A stretch of 64,000 bases of DNA from contig CAVSAC010000010.1 in NCBI GenBank assembly GCA_963725865.1, forward strand, positions 384,001 through 448,000, given 5' to 3'. Below the pieces are notes generated by a model that searched no databases, was not told the DNA's origin, and was given only the letters and a program-made list of their open reading frames with translations. Origin of the DNA: Candidatus Eiseniibacteriota bacterium (lineage in GTDB: Bacteria > Eisenbacteria > RBG-16-71-46). Numbering within the stretch: position 1 is the stretch's first letter; every line of letters begins with the position of its first letter. Shown piece after piece: positions 50,501-59,625 of the stretch. The translations under genes and the position numbers were made by a program.

Positions 50501-52208
50501 CTAGTAGCCGAGCGCGCAGCCGTCCTTGCGGCTTCTCGGTCGCGCCGGCGTAGTTGCCGGTGACCGGATCGCGCCAGATCGCCTGGTAGCCGCCGTACGC
50601 GCCCACCGGCTCGGGCTTCAGGTGGTGGCCGCGCCGGCTCAGCTCCTCGAGCACCGCCGCGGGCAGGCCGTCCTCGATGTGCAGCTCGCCGCCGTCGGTC
50701 ATCACGGTGCCGGTCGGCTCGCTCGAGCCGGTGTGGTGGTAGCGGATCGCGTCGCCGACCTCCTGCAGGTTCATGCCGAAGTCGACCAGGTTCACGATCA
50801 CCTGCGCGTGTCCCTGCGGCTGCATGTCGCCGCCCATCAGCCCGAACGCCATCAGCGGCTGGCCGTCCTTCGTCAGGAACGCGGGGATGATGGTCTGGAA
50901 CGGACGCTTGCCCGGCTCGAGCCGGTTGGGGTGTCCCGCGTGCAGCGAGAACAGCCCGCCGCGGTCCTGAAGGCCGAATCCCAGCGCGGGCACCACGTAG
51001 CCGCTGCCGAAGCCGGTGTAGTTGCTCTGGATCAGCGACACCATCATGCCGTCGCGGTCCGCCGCGCACAGGTAGGTGGTCTCGCTGCGGCTGAGCGCGA
51101 CCGGATCGCCCGGCGAGTCGACCAGCGCGGCGTGCTGCATGTCGACGAGCTTCGCGCGCTCCTTCGCGTAGGCCTTCGAGAGCAGCTCGGCCACCGGCAC
51201 CTTGGCGAACGCGGGGTCGGCGTAGTAGCGCGCGCGGTCGGCGAACGCGAGCTTCTTCGCCTCCACCATCACGTGCCAGAAGTCGGCCGAGCCGCGGCCC
51301 ATCGACTTGAGATCGAAGTTCTCGAGGATGTTGAGCAGCTGCAGCGCAGCGAGCCCCTGACCGTTCGGCGGCAGCTCCCACACCGTGTAGCCGCGGTAGT
51401 CGGTGGAGATCGGCGCGTCCCACGTGGAGGTGTGGCGCGCGAAGTCCTCGAGCGAGAAGAAGCCGCCGTTGGCCTGCGAGTAGCGCACCAGCTCCGCCGC
51501 GATCGGCCCCTGGTAGTACGCGTCGCGGCCCTTCTCCGCGAGCAGGCTCAGGGTCTTCGCGAGGGACGGGTTCCTGAACGTCTCCCCCTCGCGGGGCGCG
51601 CGGCCGCCCGGCATGAACACCTGCGCGAAGCCGGGCTTGTCCTTGAACACCCGCGTCGAGCGTTCCCAGTCGGAGGCGATCACCGGCGAGAGCGGGAAGC
51701 CCTCCTCGGCGTAGCGGATCGCCGGCGCCAGCACGCGCTTCATCGGCAGGCGGCCGAATCGCGCGTGGAGCGTGAACCACGCGTCGCACGTGCCGGGCAC
51801 GGTCCACGAGTACGGCGTGTAGAGCGGGATCGTGCCGTCGGCCTCGGGCTTGATCTTGTCGACCGTGAGCGCCAGCGGCGCGCGACCGGAGCCATTGAGC
51901 CCCACCACCTGGCGGGTCTTCGGGTCCCACACGATCGCGAACAGGTCGCCGCCGAGCCCGTTCGCGGTCGGCTCCATCAGGCCGAGACAGGCGTTGATCG
52001 CGATCGCGGCGTCGGCCGCGCTGCCGCCCTCCTTGAGGATCTCGAGCCCGGCCTGCACCGCGAGCGGCTGGGCGGCGCACACCATGCCGTGAGGCGCCCA
52101 CACCACCGAGCGCGTGGCGTCCCCGCGCGCGGCGAAAGCGTTCGGTTCGAAGGCCGCGGTCATGAGCGCGGCCACGAGCGGGACGAGCGGGAGCGCATGG
52201 ACGCGCAT
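50501..52208 (-). CDS. ggt: Gamma-glutamyltransferase; +1 frameshift at 50530-50531 near the C-terminus
   Basis: GLGGDLF, PPNGQG, nucleophile ETTY, MGGDMQPQG. Removing one base gives the typical end TEKRKDGCALGY-stop. Confidence 0.9.
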
Positions 52209-52403
52209 GGCACGTTCTCCGGGTGAGGGTGCGCGACGGACATGGCGGCGAGCCTAGCCGCTGCGCCGCAGGGCGGCAATGTCGGGTGTGGTGGTGGTCG
52301 CGTGACGGCGAACGGGCGCGGTTTGGCTGCCCTGCGCGCGATGCCTATACTTCGCGTCACACGTCGCCCCCCAGCCTGGGCCGTCTCACTCCGAGGAGCC
52401 ACC

Positions 52404-53588
52404 ATGTCCCGCCACGGCGAGGATTTCTATCAGATCGACACGCTGCTCACCGAGGAAGAGATCGCGATCCGCGATCAGGTGGGCGACTGGGTCGACGAGC
52501 GCTACCTGCCGATCGTCGAGAAGGCGTACGAGGAGGCCTACTTCCCCAAGGAGGTCATCCCCGAGCTCGGCCAGCTGGGCCTGTTCGGCTCGACGCTGCC
52601 CGAGAAGTACGGCTGCGCCGGCATCAACGCGACCGCGTACGGGCTGATCTGCCAGGAGCTCGAGCGCGGCGATTCCGGCCTGCGCTCGTTCGTCTCGGTG
52701 CAGGGCGCCCTGTGCATGTACCCGATCTTCGAGTACGGCAGCGAGGAGCAGCGCATGAAGTGGCTGCCGAAGATGGCCAAGGGCGAGGTGATCGGATGCT
52801 TCGGACTCACCGAGCCCGACTTCGGCTCCGATCCCGGCGGCATGATCACGCGCGCGAAGCGGGCGGACGGCGGCTGGGTGCTCAACGGCGCGAAGATGTG
52901 GATCACGAACGGCACGCAGGCCGACCTCGCGATCGTGTGGGCCAAGCACCGCGACGAGGCGAGCGGCAAGGACCACGTGATGGGATTCCTGGTCGAGAAG
53001 GGCTTCAAGGGCTACTCGGCGCCCGAGCAGAAGCACAAGCACTCGCTGCGCGCCTCGGTCACCAGCGAGCTGGTGCTGCAGGACGTGTTCGTCCCGGATT
53101 CCCACGTGCTGCCGGAGGCCAAAGGCCTCAAGGCGCCGCTCTCCTGCCTCACGCAGGCACGCTTCGGCATCGCGTTCGGCGTCATCGGCTCGGCGATCGC
53201 GTGCTTCGAGAGCGCCGTGGAGTACAGCAAGAAGCGGATCATGTTCGGCAAGCCGATCGGCTCCTACCAGCTGGTGCAGGAGCAGCTCGCGATCATGCTG
53301 ACCGAGATCGTGAAGGGGCAGCTGCTCGCGATCCAGTGCGGGCGCATGAAGGACCGCGGCACCTATACGCCGGAGCACGTCTCGCTGGCGAAGCGGAACA
53401 ACTGCGAGATCGCGCTCGACGTGGCGCGCCGCGCGCGCGACATCCTCGGGGCCAACGGCATCACGTCCGAGTACCCGGTCATGCGCCACATGTGCAACCT
53501 CGAGTCGGTGAAGACCTACGAGGGCACGCACAACATCCACACGCTGGTGCTCGGCCACCACATCACCGGACTCCCGGCCTATCGCTGA
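52404..53588 (+). CDS. Acyl-CoA dehydrogenase, glutaryl-CoA dehydrogenase-like
   Basis: ELERGDSG, CFGLTEPDFGSDP, KMWITNG, TYEGT; SD GAGGAG. Confidence 0.9.
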   Translation: MSRHGEDFYQIDTLLTEEEIAIRDQVGDWVDERYLPIVEKAYEEAYFPKEVIPELGQLGLFGSTLPEKYGCAGINATAYGLICQELERGDSGLRSFVSVQGALCMYPIFEYGSEEQRMKWLPKMAKGEVIGCFGLTEPDFGSDPGGMITRAKRADGGWVLNGAKMWITNGTQADLAIVWAKHRDEASGKDHVMGFLVEKGFKGYSAPEQKHKHSLRASVTSELVLQDVFVPDSHVLPEAKGLKAPLSCLTQARFGIAFGVIGSAIACFESAVEYSKKRIMFGKPIGSYQLVQEQLAIMLTEIVKGQLLAIQCGRMKDRGTYTPEHVSLAKRNNCEIALDVARRARDILGANGITSEYPVMRHMCNLESVKTYEGTHNIHTLVLGHHITGLPAYR

Positions 53589-53802
53589 GCCGCCACGCGC
53601 TGGTGGAGCGCACCCGGCGCGGGCGCTCCACCGGCCGGGAGGGCGGGCGGGCACGCGCGATTCGCGCACTCGGTGGCGAGGCGGCCGGGCGGCGGCTGGC
53701 GCCTCAAGCCGGCCCGGCTTCGTGCCGATGAAGGGCGCGAGCGCAGGGGTGTCCCCGGCGCCGGCCGCGACCCGATTCCCTGACCCCCGAGGAAACCGTC
53801 CG

Positions 53803-54474
53803 GTGTCCGCCCTTCGCACGTGGATGCTCGCGCTGGCGCTCGTCTACGCCGCCACCCCCGCCGCCGCCGGCGTCATCCGCGGCGCGATCCGGGTGCCCTC
53901 GCCGGGCCTCGCGTCGCTCGCCGCCCCTTCGCCCTACCCGGGTCGCGCGAGCGCGCTGCCGTCCGCGCGGCGACCGGAGCGCGGGCGGATCGGGGACGCG
54001 GTGCTCTACGTCGAGCGCATCCCCGCGGCCGTGGACTCCGCCCTGCCGGCCCCGGTCGCCCGCGCGTCGCTGGCGCAGGAGAACCAGGCGTTCGTGCCGC
54101 GCGTGGTCGCGGTGCCGCTCGGCGCCTCGGTCGACTTCCCGAACCACGATCCGATCTTCCACAACGTGTTCAGCCTCTCGCCCACGCGTCGCTTCGACCT
54201 CGGCAAGTACCCGCGCGGCCAGTCGCGCACCGTGCGCTTCACCCGGCCGGGGCTCGTGAACGTGTACTGCGACATCCATTCGAACATGGAGGCGTTCATC
54301 CTGATCGTGCCCAACCGCGCGTTCGCGCAGCCGGCGCACGACGGCTCGTTCGCGCTCCCGCCGCTGCCCGCGGGGCGCTACGTGCTCCACGCCTGGCACC
54401 CCGACCTGCGCGAGGTGGTGCGCGCCGTCGACGTGCCGGCGAGCGGCGACGTGACCGTCGCGGTCGACTTCTGA
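53803..54474 (+). CDS. Secreted cupredoxin-like protein with a carboxypeptidase-regulatory-like tail
   Basis: FPNHDPIFHNVFS and YCDIHSNM (His..Cys-x2-His-x2-Met), then AWHP. Confidence 0.8.
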   Translation: MSALRTWMLALALVYAATPAAAGVIRGAIRVPSPGLASLAAPSPYPGRASALPSARRPERGRIGDAVLYVERIPAAVDSALPAPVARASLAQENQAFVPRVVAVPLGASVDFPNHDPIFHNVFSLSPTRRFDLGKYPRGQSRTVRFTRPGLVNVYCDIHSNMEAFILIVPNRAFAQPAHDGSFALPPLPAGRYVLHAWHPDLREVVRAVDVPASGDVTVAVDF

Positions 54475-56300
54475 TGCGCCGCTGGCTGCGCATGCGACTG
54501 CGGTGGCGGATCCTGCTGTTCACGGCGCTGCCGATCGCGACCCTGACGCTCGCCTCGCTGTGGATCGTGAATCGCATCGTGTCGCGCCAGGCGCACGAGC
54601 ACCTCCAGCTCGAACTGCAGGGCGCCGCCGCGGTGTTCGAGGACCTCATGGCCACGCGCGCGCGCGAGCTCGAGACCGCGGGGCAGGTGATCGTGCAGGA
54701 CCCCAAGTTCTTCTCGGTGCTCACCCTGCCCGGCGCGGCGGACGATCCGTCGGTGCTCGCGACCGTGCGGGGCGTGGCGCGCGACTTCTACGCGCTGGTC
54801 CCCACCGACCTGTTCGAGGTGCTGGACGCGCACGGCGCGATGCTCGCCTCGGTCGCCCACGACGGCACCAGCGACTCCGGACGCGCGGCGCTGGTGCGCG
54901 AGGCCCTGGCGGGGCGCACGGTGGCGGGCATCCTGGTCGAGCCGGCGGCGCACTACCAGGCGGTGGTCATGCCGGTGACGGCCGGCGGGCGCACGGTGGG
55001 CGCGCTGCTGCTCGGCGCGGGCATCGGTCCGGAGCTGGCCTCGCACCTGCGCGAACTGACCCGCAGCGAGGTCACGTTCGTCTCCGGTTCCTCCCTGACC
55101 GGCAGCACGCTCGCGGCGCCCGAGGACCGGCGCGCCGCGCTCACCGCGCTCACCGGAGCGGGTTCCGACATGCGGATCGGCGTGGTGCTCGAGGTCCGCT
55201 CGCCGGCGCACGTGTACCTCACGCTCGCGCGCGCGCTGCCCGGCGCCGCGCCCGGCCGGGCGCAGGCCTATGTGCTCCAGCGCGCCCTCGACGTCGAGAC
55301 CGCGCACGTGCGCGACATGCAGGGCGGCCTCATGCTGCTCGGTGCGTTCGCGCTGGTGGTGGCGCTGGCCGCGGGATTCCTGGTCGCGGAGCGCATCACC
55401 GCGCCGGTCCACCGGCTGGTGCGGGGCGCCGAGGAGATGGAGCGCGGCAACTACGACTACCCGATCGAAGTGCGCAACCGCGACGAGATCGGCTACCTCG
55501 CCGAGCGATTCCGGTACATGCGCCAGCAGCAGCGCGCCTACGTCAACAGCCTCGAGGAGGTGGCGCGGCTCAAGACCGAGTTCATCAGCGTCGCGTCCCA
55601 CGAGCTGCGCACGCCGATCAGCATCATCGCGGGGTTCCAGCAGCTGATGGCCGACGGCGCGATGGGGCCGGTCACCGAGGACCAGCGCGAGGCGCTGGTC
55701 GCGATCGACCGCAGCGTCGTCACCCTCACGCGCATCGCGGAGAACGCCACCCGCATCGCGCAGGTGCAGGGCGAGCGGGTGCCGCTCAGCCGCGCCACGC
55801 ACGAGCTCGCGCCGCTGCTCCATGAGGCGGCCACCACGGTGCGCTCGGAGGCGCCGGGGCGCGCCGTGCGCATCACGGTGCTGCCGGCCGTGGGGCTGCC
55901 GCCGGCGCGGGTGGACGCCACCCGCCTGGTCCAGGCGCTGGTCCAGCTGGTGCGCAACGGCGTGCGCTTCACGCCGGATGGCGGCGAGGTGCAGCTGCGC
56001 GCCCGGCGCACCGGGGACGTGATCGAGATCGCGGTGGCCGACGACGGCATCGGGATCCCCCCGGAGCAGCAGCAGCACGTGTTCGAACGGGCGGCGCTGA
56101 TGCGCGATTCGCGACACCATCACAGCTCGACGGCGCTGGAGTTCAACAGCGCAGGGCTCGGGCTGGGGCTCGGCATCGCGCGCGGCATCGTGGAGGCGCA
56201 CGGCGGCACGTTGAAGTTCGACAGCGCGCAGGGCCACGGCACGACGTTCACGCTGCGACTGCCCCTGGACGACGAAGAGGCACTGGCCCAGGCCGCCTGA
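54474..56300 (+). CDS. Membrane sensor histidine kinase (periplasmic domain, HAMP, HisKA, HATPase)
   Basis: Two TM segments, HAMP DEIGYLA, SHELRTP, DDGIGI, GLGLG, GTTF; TGATG coupling. Confidence 0.92.
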   Translation: MRRWLRMRLRWRILLFTALPIATLTLASLWIVNRIVSRQAHEHLQLELQGAAAVFEDLMATRARELETAGQVIVQDPKFFSVLTLPGAADDPSVLATVRGVARDFYALVPTDLFEVLDAHGAMLASVAHDGTSDSGRAALVREALAGRTVAGILVEPAAHYQAVVMPVTAGGRTVGALLLGAGIGPELASHLRELTRSEVTFVSGSSLTGSTLAAPEDRRAALTALTGAGSDMRIGVVLEVRSPAHVYLTLARALPGAAPGRAQAYVLQRALDVETAHVRDMQGGLMLLGAFALVVALAAGFLVAERITAPVHRLVRGAEEMERGNYDYPIEVRNRDEIGYLAERFRYMRQQQRAYVNSLEEVARLKTEFISVASHELRTPISIIAGFQQLMADGAMGPVTEDQREALVAIDRSVVTLTRIAENATRIAQVQGERVPLSRATHELAPLLHEAATTVRSEAPGRAVRITVLPAVGLPPARVDATRLVQALVQLVRNGVRFTPDGGEVQLRARRTGDVIEIAVADDGIGIPPEQQQHVFERAALMRDSRHHHSSTALEFNSAGLGLGLGIARGIVEAHGGTLKFDSAQGHGTTFTLRLPLDDEEALAQAA

Positions 56301-56334
56301 GTCCGGCGGTCGCGCCGGTCCGACCGCCGGAGTG

Positions 56335-56405
56335 GACCATTCGTCGCGCGCGGACGACCGTCCATCGTGCCCCGCTGGCCGGCGGGCGCGCCCGCCCCGT
56401 ATCCT
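56335..56405 (+). promoter_or_regulatory. Putative LytTR direct-repeat site plus -10 element of the PP2C gene
   Basis: GACCATTCGTCG (56335) and GACCGTCCATCG (56356), 21 bp apart; TATCCT at 56400. Confidence 0.6.
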
Positions 56406-56411
56406 GCGATC

Positions 56412-57635
56412 ATGCCCATCGCCGAACCGTCTCGGGGTCGCGCGCGCATCTGGCGCGGACTGTGGCGCCTGCTCTGGCGCCAGCCGCTGTTCGCCATCCC
56501 GTTCGCCCTGTTCTTCACGCTGCTCGAGGGCGGCGCGTGGCGCTCCGTCGGTGGCTACTACCTCGTCTCGCTGATCTTCGCCTACAGCATTTCGACCGCC
56601 ATCTGGGTGACCGAGTGCTTCATCGCGCCCCGCGTCCTGCGCGGGGGCCCGGCGCTGCTGAAGGGCGGGCTGCCGCAGCACGCGCTGCTCTACGTCGGTT
56701 CCAGCGTGTTCGGAGCCTACCTGGGCGCCCTGTTGGTGCGCCTGACGCTGATCCACGACTTCCTCGGCAGCGCCCGCAGCGTGCTCGTGATGACGGTCTT
56801 CACGCTGATGTTCACCGTGCTGGTGACCGGGATCGTGTACGCGTGGCACTTCTACCACGCGGCCCTCAGCCGGGCGCGCGCCGAGGAGGAGATGAACCTC
56901 GCGCGCCGCATCCAGCGCGGCTTCCTGATGACGGCGTTCCCGCGCCGACCGCGGCTCGAGGTCCACGCGGTGAACGTCTCCTCGCGCGAGGTGAGCGGCG
57001 ACTTCTACGACGTGGTGCCGGCCGGCGAGGATGCGTACCTGATCGCGATCGCCGACGTGTCCGGCAAGGGCGTGCCCGCGGCGCTGCTGTCGTCCATGCT
57101 CCAGGCCTCGCTGCGCACGCAGGCCGGCGTGGTGGGCTCGACCGCGGCCATCATGGGGAACCTCAACCGCCTGGTGTGCGAGAGCACCTCGCGCCAGCAG
57201 TTCGCCACGTTCTTCCTCGCGCTGGTCGACGAGCGGACGCTGACGCTCACCTACACGAACGCGGGACACAACCCGCCGCTGCTGCTGCGCCCGGGCGCGC
57301 CCCCGCGCATGCTCGCGACCGGCGGCACGGTGGTCGGCATGCTGGATTTCGTGGTTTTCGAGCAGGAGCAGCTCGTGCTCGCGCCCGGCGATCGCGTGAT
57401 CGCCTACACCGACGGGCTCAGCGAGGCGCGCCGTCCGGACGGCGAGATGTTCGGCGACGACCGGGTGGCCGACGTGGCGGCCACGCTCGACGGCGACCTC
57501 TCCGCCGAGGCCGCATGCGAGCACCTGCTCGCCGAGCTGCGCGGCTGGCTGGCGGGACGCGAAGCTGGCGACGACGTCACGGTGCTCGCGATACGCGTGA
57601 TCGATCCGGTCGCCGCCGCCCCTCCGTCCGCCTGA
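56412..57635 (+). CDS. Membrane-sensor PP2C (SpoIIE/RsbU-like) phosphatase
   Basis: About 4 N-terminal TM segments; SGDFYD, IADVSGKG, NAGHN, YTDG, DDVT. Confidence 0.92.
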   Translation: MPIAEPSRGRARIWRGLWRLLWRQPLFAIPFALFFTLLEGGAWRSVGGYYLVSLIFAYSISTAIWVTECFIAPRVLRGGPALLKGGLPQHALLYVGSSVFGAYLGALLVRLTLIHDFLGSARSVLVMTVFTLMFTVLVTGIVYAWHFYHAALSRARAEEEMNLARRIQRGFLMTAFPRRPRLEVHAVNVSSREVSGDFYDVVPAGEDAYLIAIADVSGKGVPAALLSSMLQASLRTQAGVVGSTAAIMGNLNRLVCESTSRQQFATFFLALVDERTLTLTYTNAGHNPPLLLRPGAPPRMLATGGTVVGMLDFVVFEQEQLVLAPGDRVIAYTDGLSEARRPDGEMFGDDRVADVAATLDGDLSAEAACEHLLAELRGWLAGREAGDDVTVLAIRVIDPVAAAPPSA

Positions 57636-57657
57636 GCCGACCGCCGTCGCGACCCGC

Positions 57658-57727
57658 GACCGTCCGTCGCCCGCCTCCGACCGCTCGTCGCCACGGCGTT
57701 CGCGGCGTCCCCGCGCCCTCGTATCAT
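57658..57727 (+). promoter_or_regulatory. Putative LytTR direct-repeat site plus -10 element of the lytS operon
   Basis: GACCGTCCGTCG (57658) and GACCGCTCGTCG (57679), 21 bp apart; TATCAT at 57722. Confidence 0.6.
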
Positions 57728-57733
57728 GCCGTC

Positions 57734-58849
57734 ATGACCACTTGCGAGCCGGACCTCCGTCCCCGCCGCCGCCCGCCGCTCGTCGCGCTGCTGCGGACCC
57801 TGCTGCTGCAGCCGCTGTGGGCGGTGCCGTTCGCGTTCTTCTTCGGCACCCTGTTCGGCGGCACCTGGCCGCAGTACGTGCAGGCGTACCAGGCCTCGCT
57901 GGTGTTCTCGTACACCATCGGGATCACGCTGTGGGCGGTGAAGCACTTCGCCGAGCCGTGGCTGGTGCGCCGGCTGCCGCGCGGCCGCGACCTGGGGATG
58001 CGGATCGGCGGCGTCTACATCGCCTGCGCGATCCTCGCCTCCTACCTCGCCGCCTACCTGATCCACCTGTTCGTGCTCCCCGGCTTCCTCGGTACGCCGA
58101 AGTCGCTGCTGCTCTCGACCCTCTACACGCTGCTGTTCGTCGCGCTGTTCGGCGGCATCAACTTCGCGATCGCGTTCTACCGCGTGGCGATGCACCAGAC
58201 GCGGGCCGTCGATCGGCAGCGCGCCGAGCTGGCGCGCGCCGAGCTGCGCGCGCTGCGGGCCCAGATCAATCCGCACTTCCTGTTCAACACGCTCAACACC
58301 ATCACGTCGCTGATCGCGGAGAACCCGCGCGAGGCCGAGGACACCACCACGCGGCTCGCGGATCTGTTCCGCTACGCGCTGGCGGCCTCGGACCGCGACC
58401 ACCAGCGCTTCGGCGATGAGCTCGAGTTCCTGCGCGACTATCTCGCGATCGAGCGCACGCGGTTCGGAGAGCGGCTGCGGGTGCGCGAGGACATCGCCCC
58501 CGGGCTCGAGGGCGTCGCGGTGCCGAGCCTGCTCCTGCAGCCCCTGGTCGAGAACGCGGTCCGCCATGGGATCGCCCCGCGCGTCGAGGGCGGCACGCTC
58601 ACGCTGCGCGCGCGCCGCGTCGGCGAGATGCTCGAGGTCGAGGTGCTCGACGACGGCCCCGGACTCGATCCGTCCGCCGAGCCCGCCGGCAGCGGGTTCG
58701 GCCTGCGCTCGGTGCGTGAGCGGCTCCGGCATGCCGGGCCACCCCACGCGCTCCACATCGAGTCGGCGCCGGGCGCCGGCACCCGGGTGCGCGTGACCCT
58801 CCCGTCCACGCCGTTCACCCCACCCATCTCCTCCGGAGGTACCGCATGA
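57734..58849 (+). CDS. LytS/AlgZ-type histidine kinase
   Basis: ALRAQINPHFLFNTLN, LQPLVENAVRHG, DDGPG, GFGL. Confidence 0.93.
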   Translation: MTTCEPDLRPRRRPPLVALLRTLLLQPLWAVPFAFFFGTLFGGTWPQYVQAYQASLVFSYTIGITLWAVKHFAEPWLVRRLPRGRDLGMRIGGVYIACAILASYLAAYLIHLFVLPGFLGTPKSLLLSTLYTLLFVALFGGINFAIAFYRVAMHQTRAVDRQRAELARAELRALRAQINPHFLFNTLNTITSLIAENPREAEDTTTRLADLFRYALAASDRDHQRFGDELEFLRDYLAIERTRFGERLRVREDIAPGLEGVAVPSLLLQPLVENAVRHGIAPRVEGGTLTLRARRVGEMLEVEVLDDGPGLDPSAEPAGSGFGLRSVRERLRHAGPPHALHIESAPGAGTRVRVTLPSTPFTPPISSGGTA

Positions 58850-59625
58850 TCCGTCCCCGCGTCTCCTTGCTCGTGCTCGCAGCGCTGCTGGCGGGCCCGC
58901 CCGCCGCGCGCGCCGTCGATCCGCTCGCGTCCGCGCGCACGGCGTTGCAGGCCGCCGTCGACCAGGGCGATCCGGCCGCCATCCTGGCCGCGCGCGCCAC
59001 CTTCGAAGCGGCCGCGATCGGCGATCGCAAGGCGGCCGCGCCGCGCTACTGGGTGGCGCTCGCCGACTGGCGCGCGCTGCCGCTGCTCTGGGACCGCGAC
59101 CAGGCCCAGGCGGCCCGCCTCGCGAAGGATGGCCTCAAACGCATCGACGAGGCGATCCGTCTCGATCCGAACTCGGGCGGCGCCTACGCGCTCAAAGCCG
59201 CGCTGCAGGGCATGAGCATCGGCCTCGATCCCTCCAGCATGATGACGCTCGGCCCCGACTCCGAGGCCAACTTCCAGCGCGCGCGCGCCCTGGCGCCGAA
59301 CGATCCGCGCGTCTGGCTGCTGGATGGCATCGGCACGCTCAACAAGCCCGCCAACTTCGGCGGCGGCGCGGAGCCCGCGCTCGCGCGCTTCACGAAGTCG
59401 CAGGAGCTGTTCGCCGCCGCGCCCGCCGACAGCGCCGGCCCGTTCGGCTGGGGACGGGACGATGCCTTCCTGTGGGCGGGCCGCGCCGAGATGCAGCGCG
59501 AACGATTCGCCGCCGCGGCCGCACTGTTCCGCCAGGCGCTGGCCGCGAATCCCGCGAACGGCTGGGTCGAGCGCGGGCTGCTCCCGAAGGCCGAGGCGGC
59601 GCTCAAGGAGCAGGCGCCGCGGTGA
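58846..59625 (+). CDS. Secreted TPR-like protein
   Basis: Signal peptide; AIRLDPNSG, ARALAPNDPR, ALAANPANG helical repeats; ATGA overlap. Confidence 0.8.
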   Translation: MIRPRVSLLVLAALLAGPPAARAVDPLASARTALQAAVDQGDPAAILAARATFEAAAIGDRKAAAPRYWVALADWRALPLLWDRDQAQAARLAKDGLKRIDEAIRLDPNSGGAYALKAALQGMSIGLDPSSMMTLGPDSEANFQRARALAPNDPRVWLLDGIGTLNKPANFGGGAEPALARFTKSQELFAAAPADSAGPFGWGRDDAFLWAGRAEMQRERFAAAAALFRQALAANPANGWVERGLLPKAEAALKEQAPR

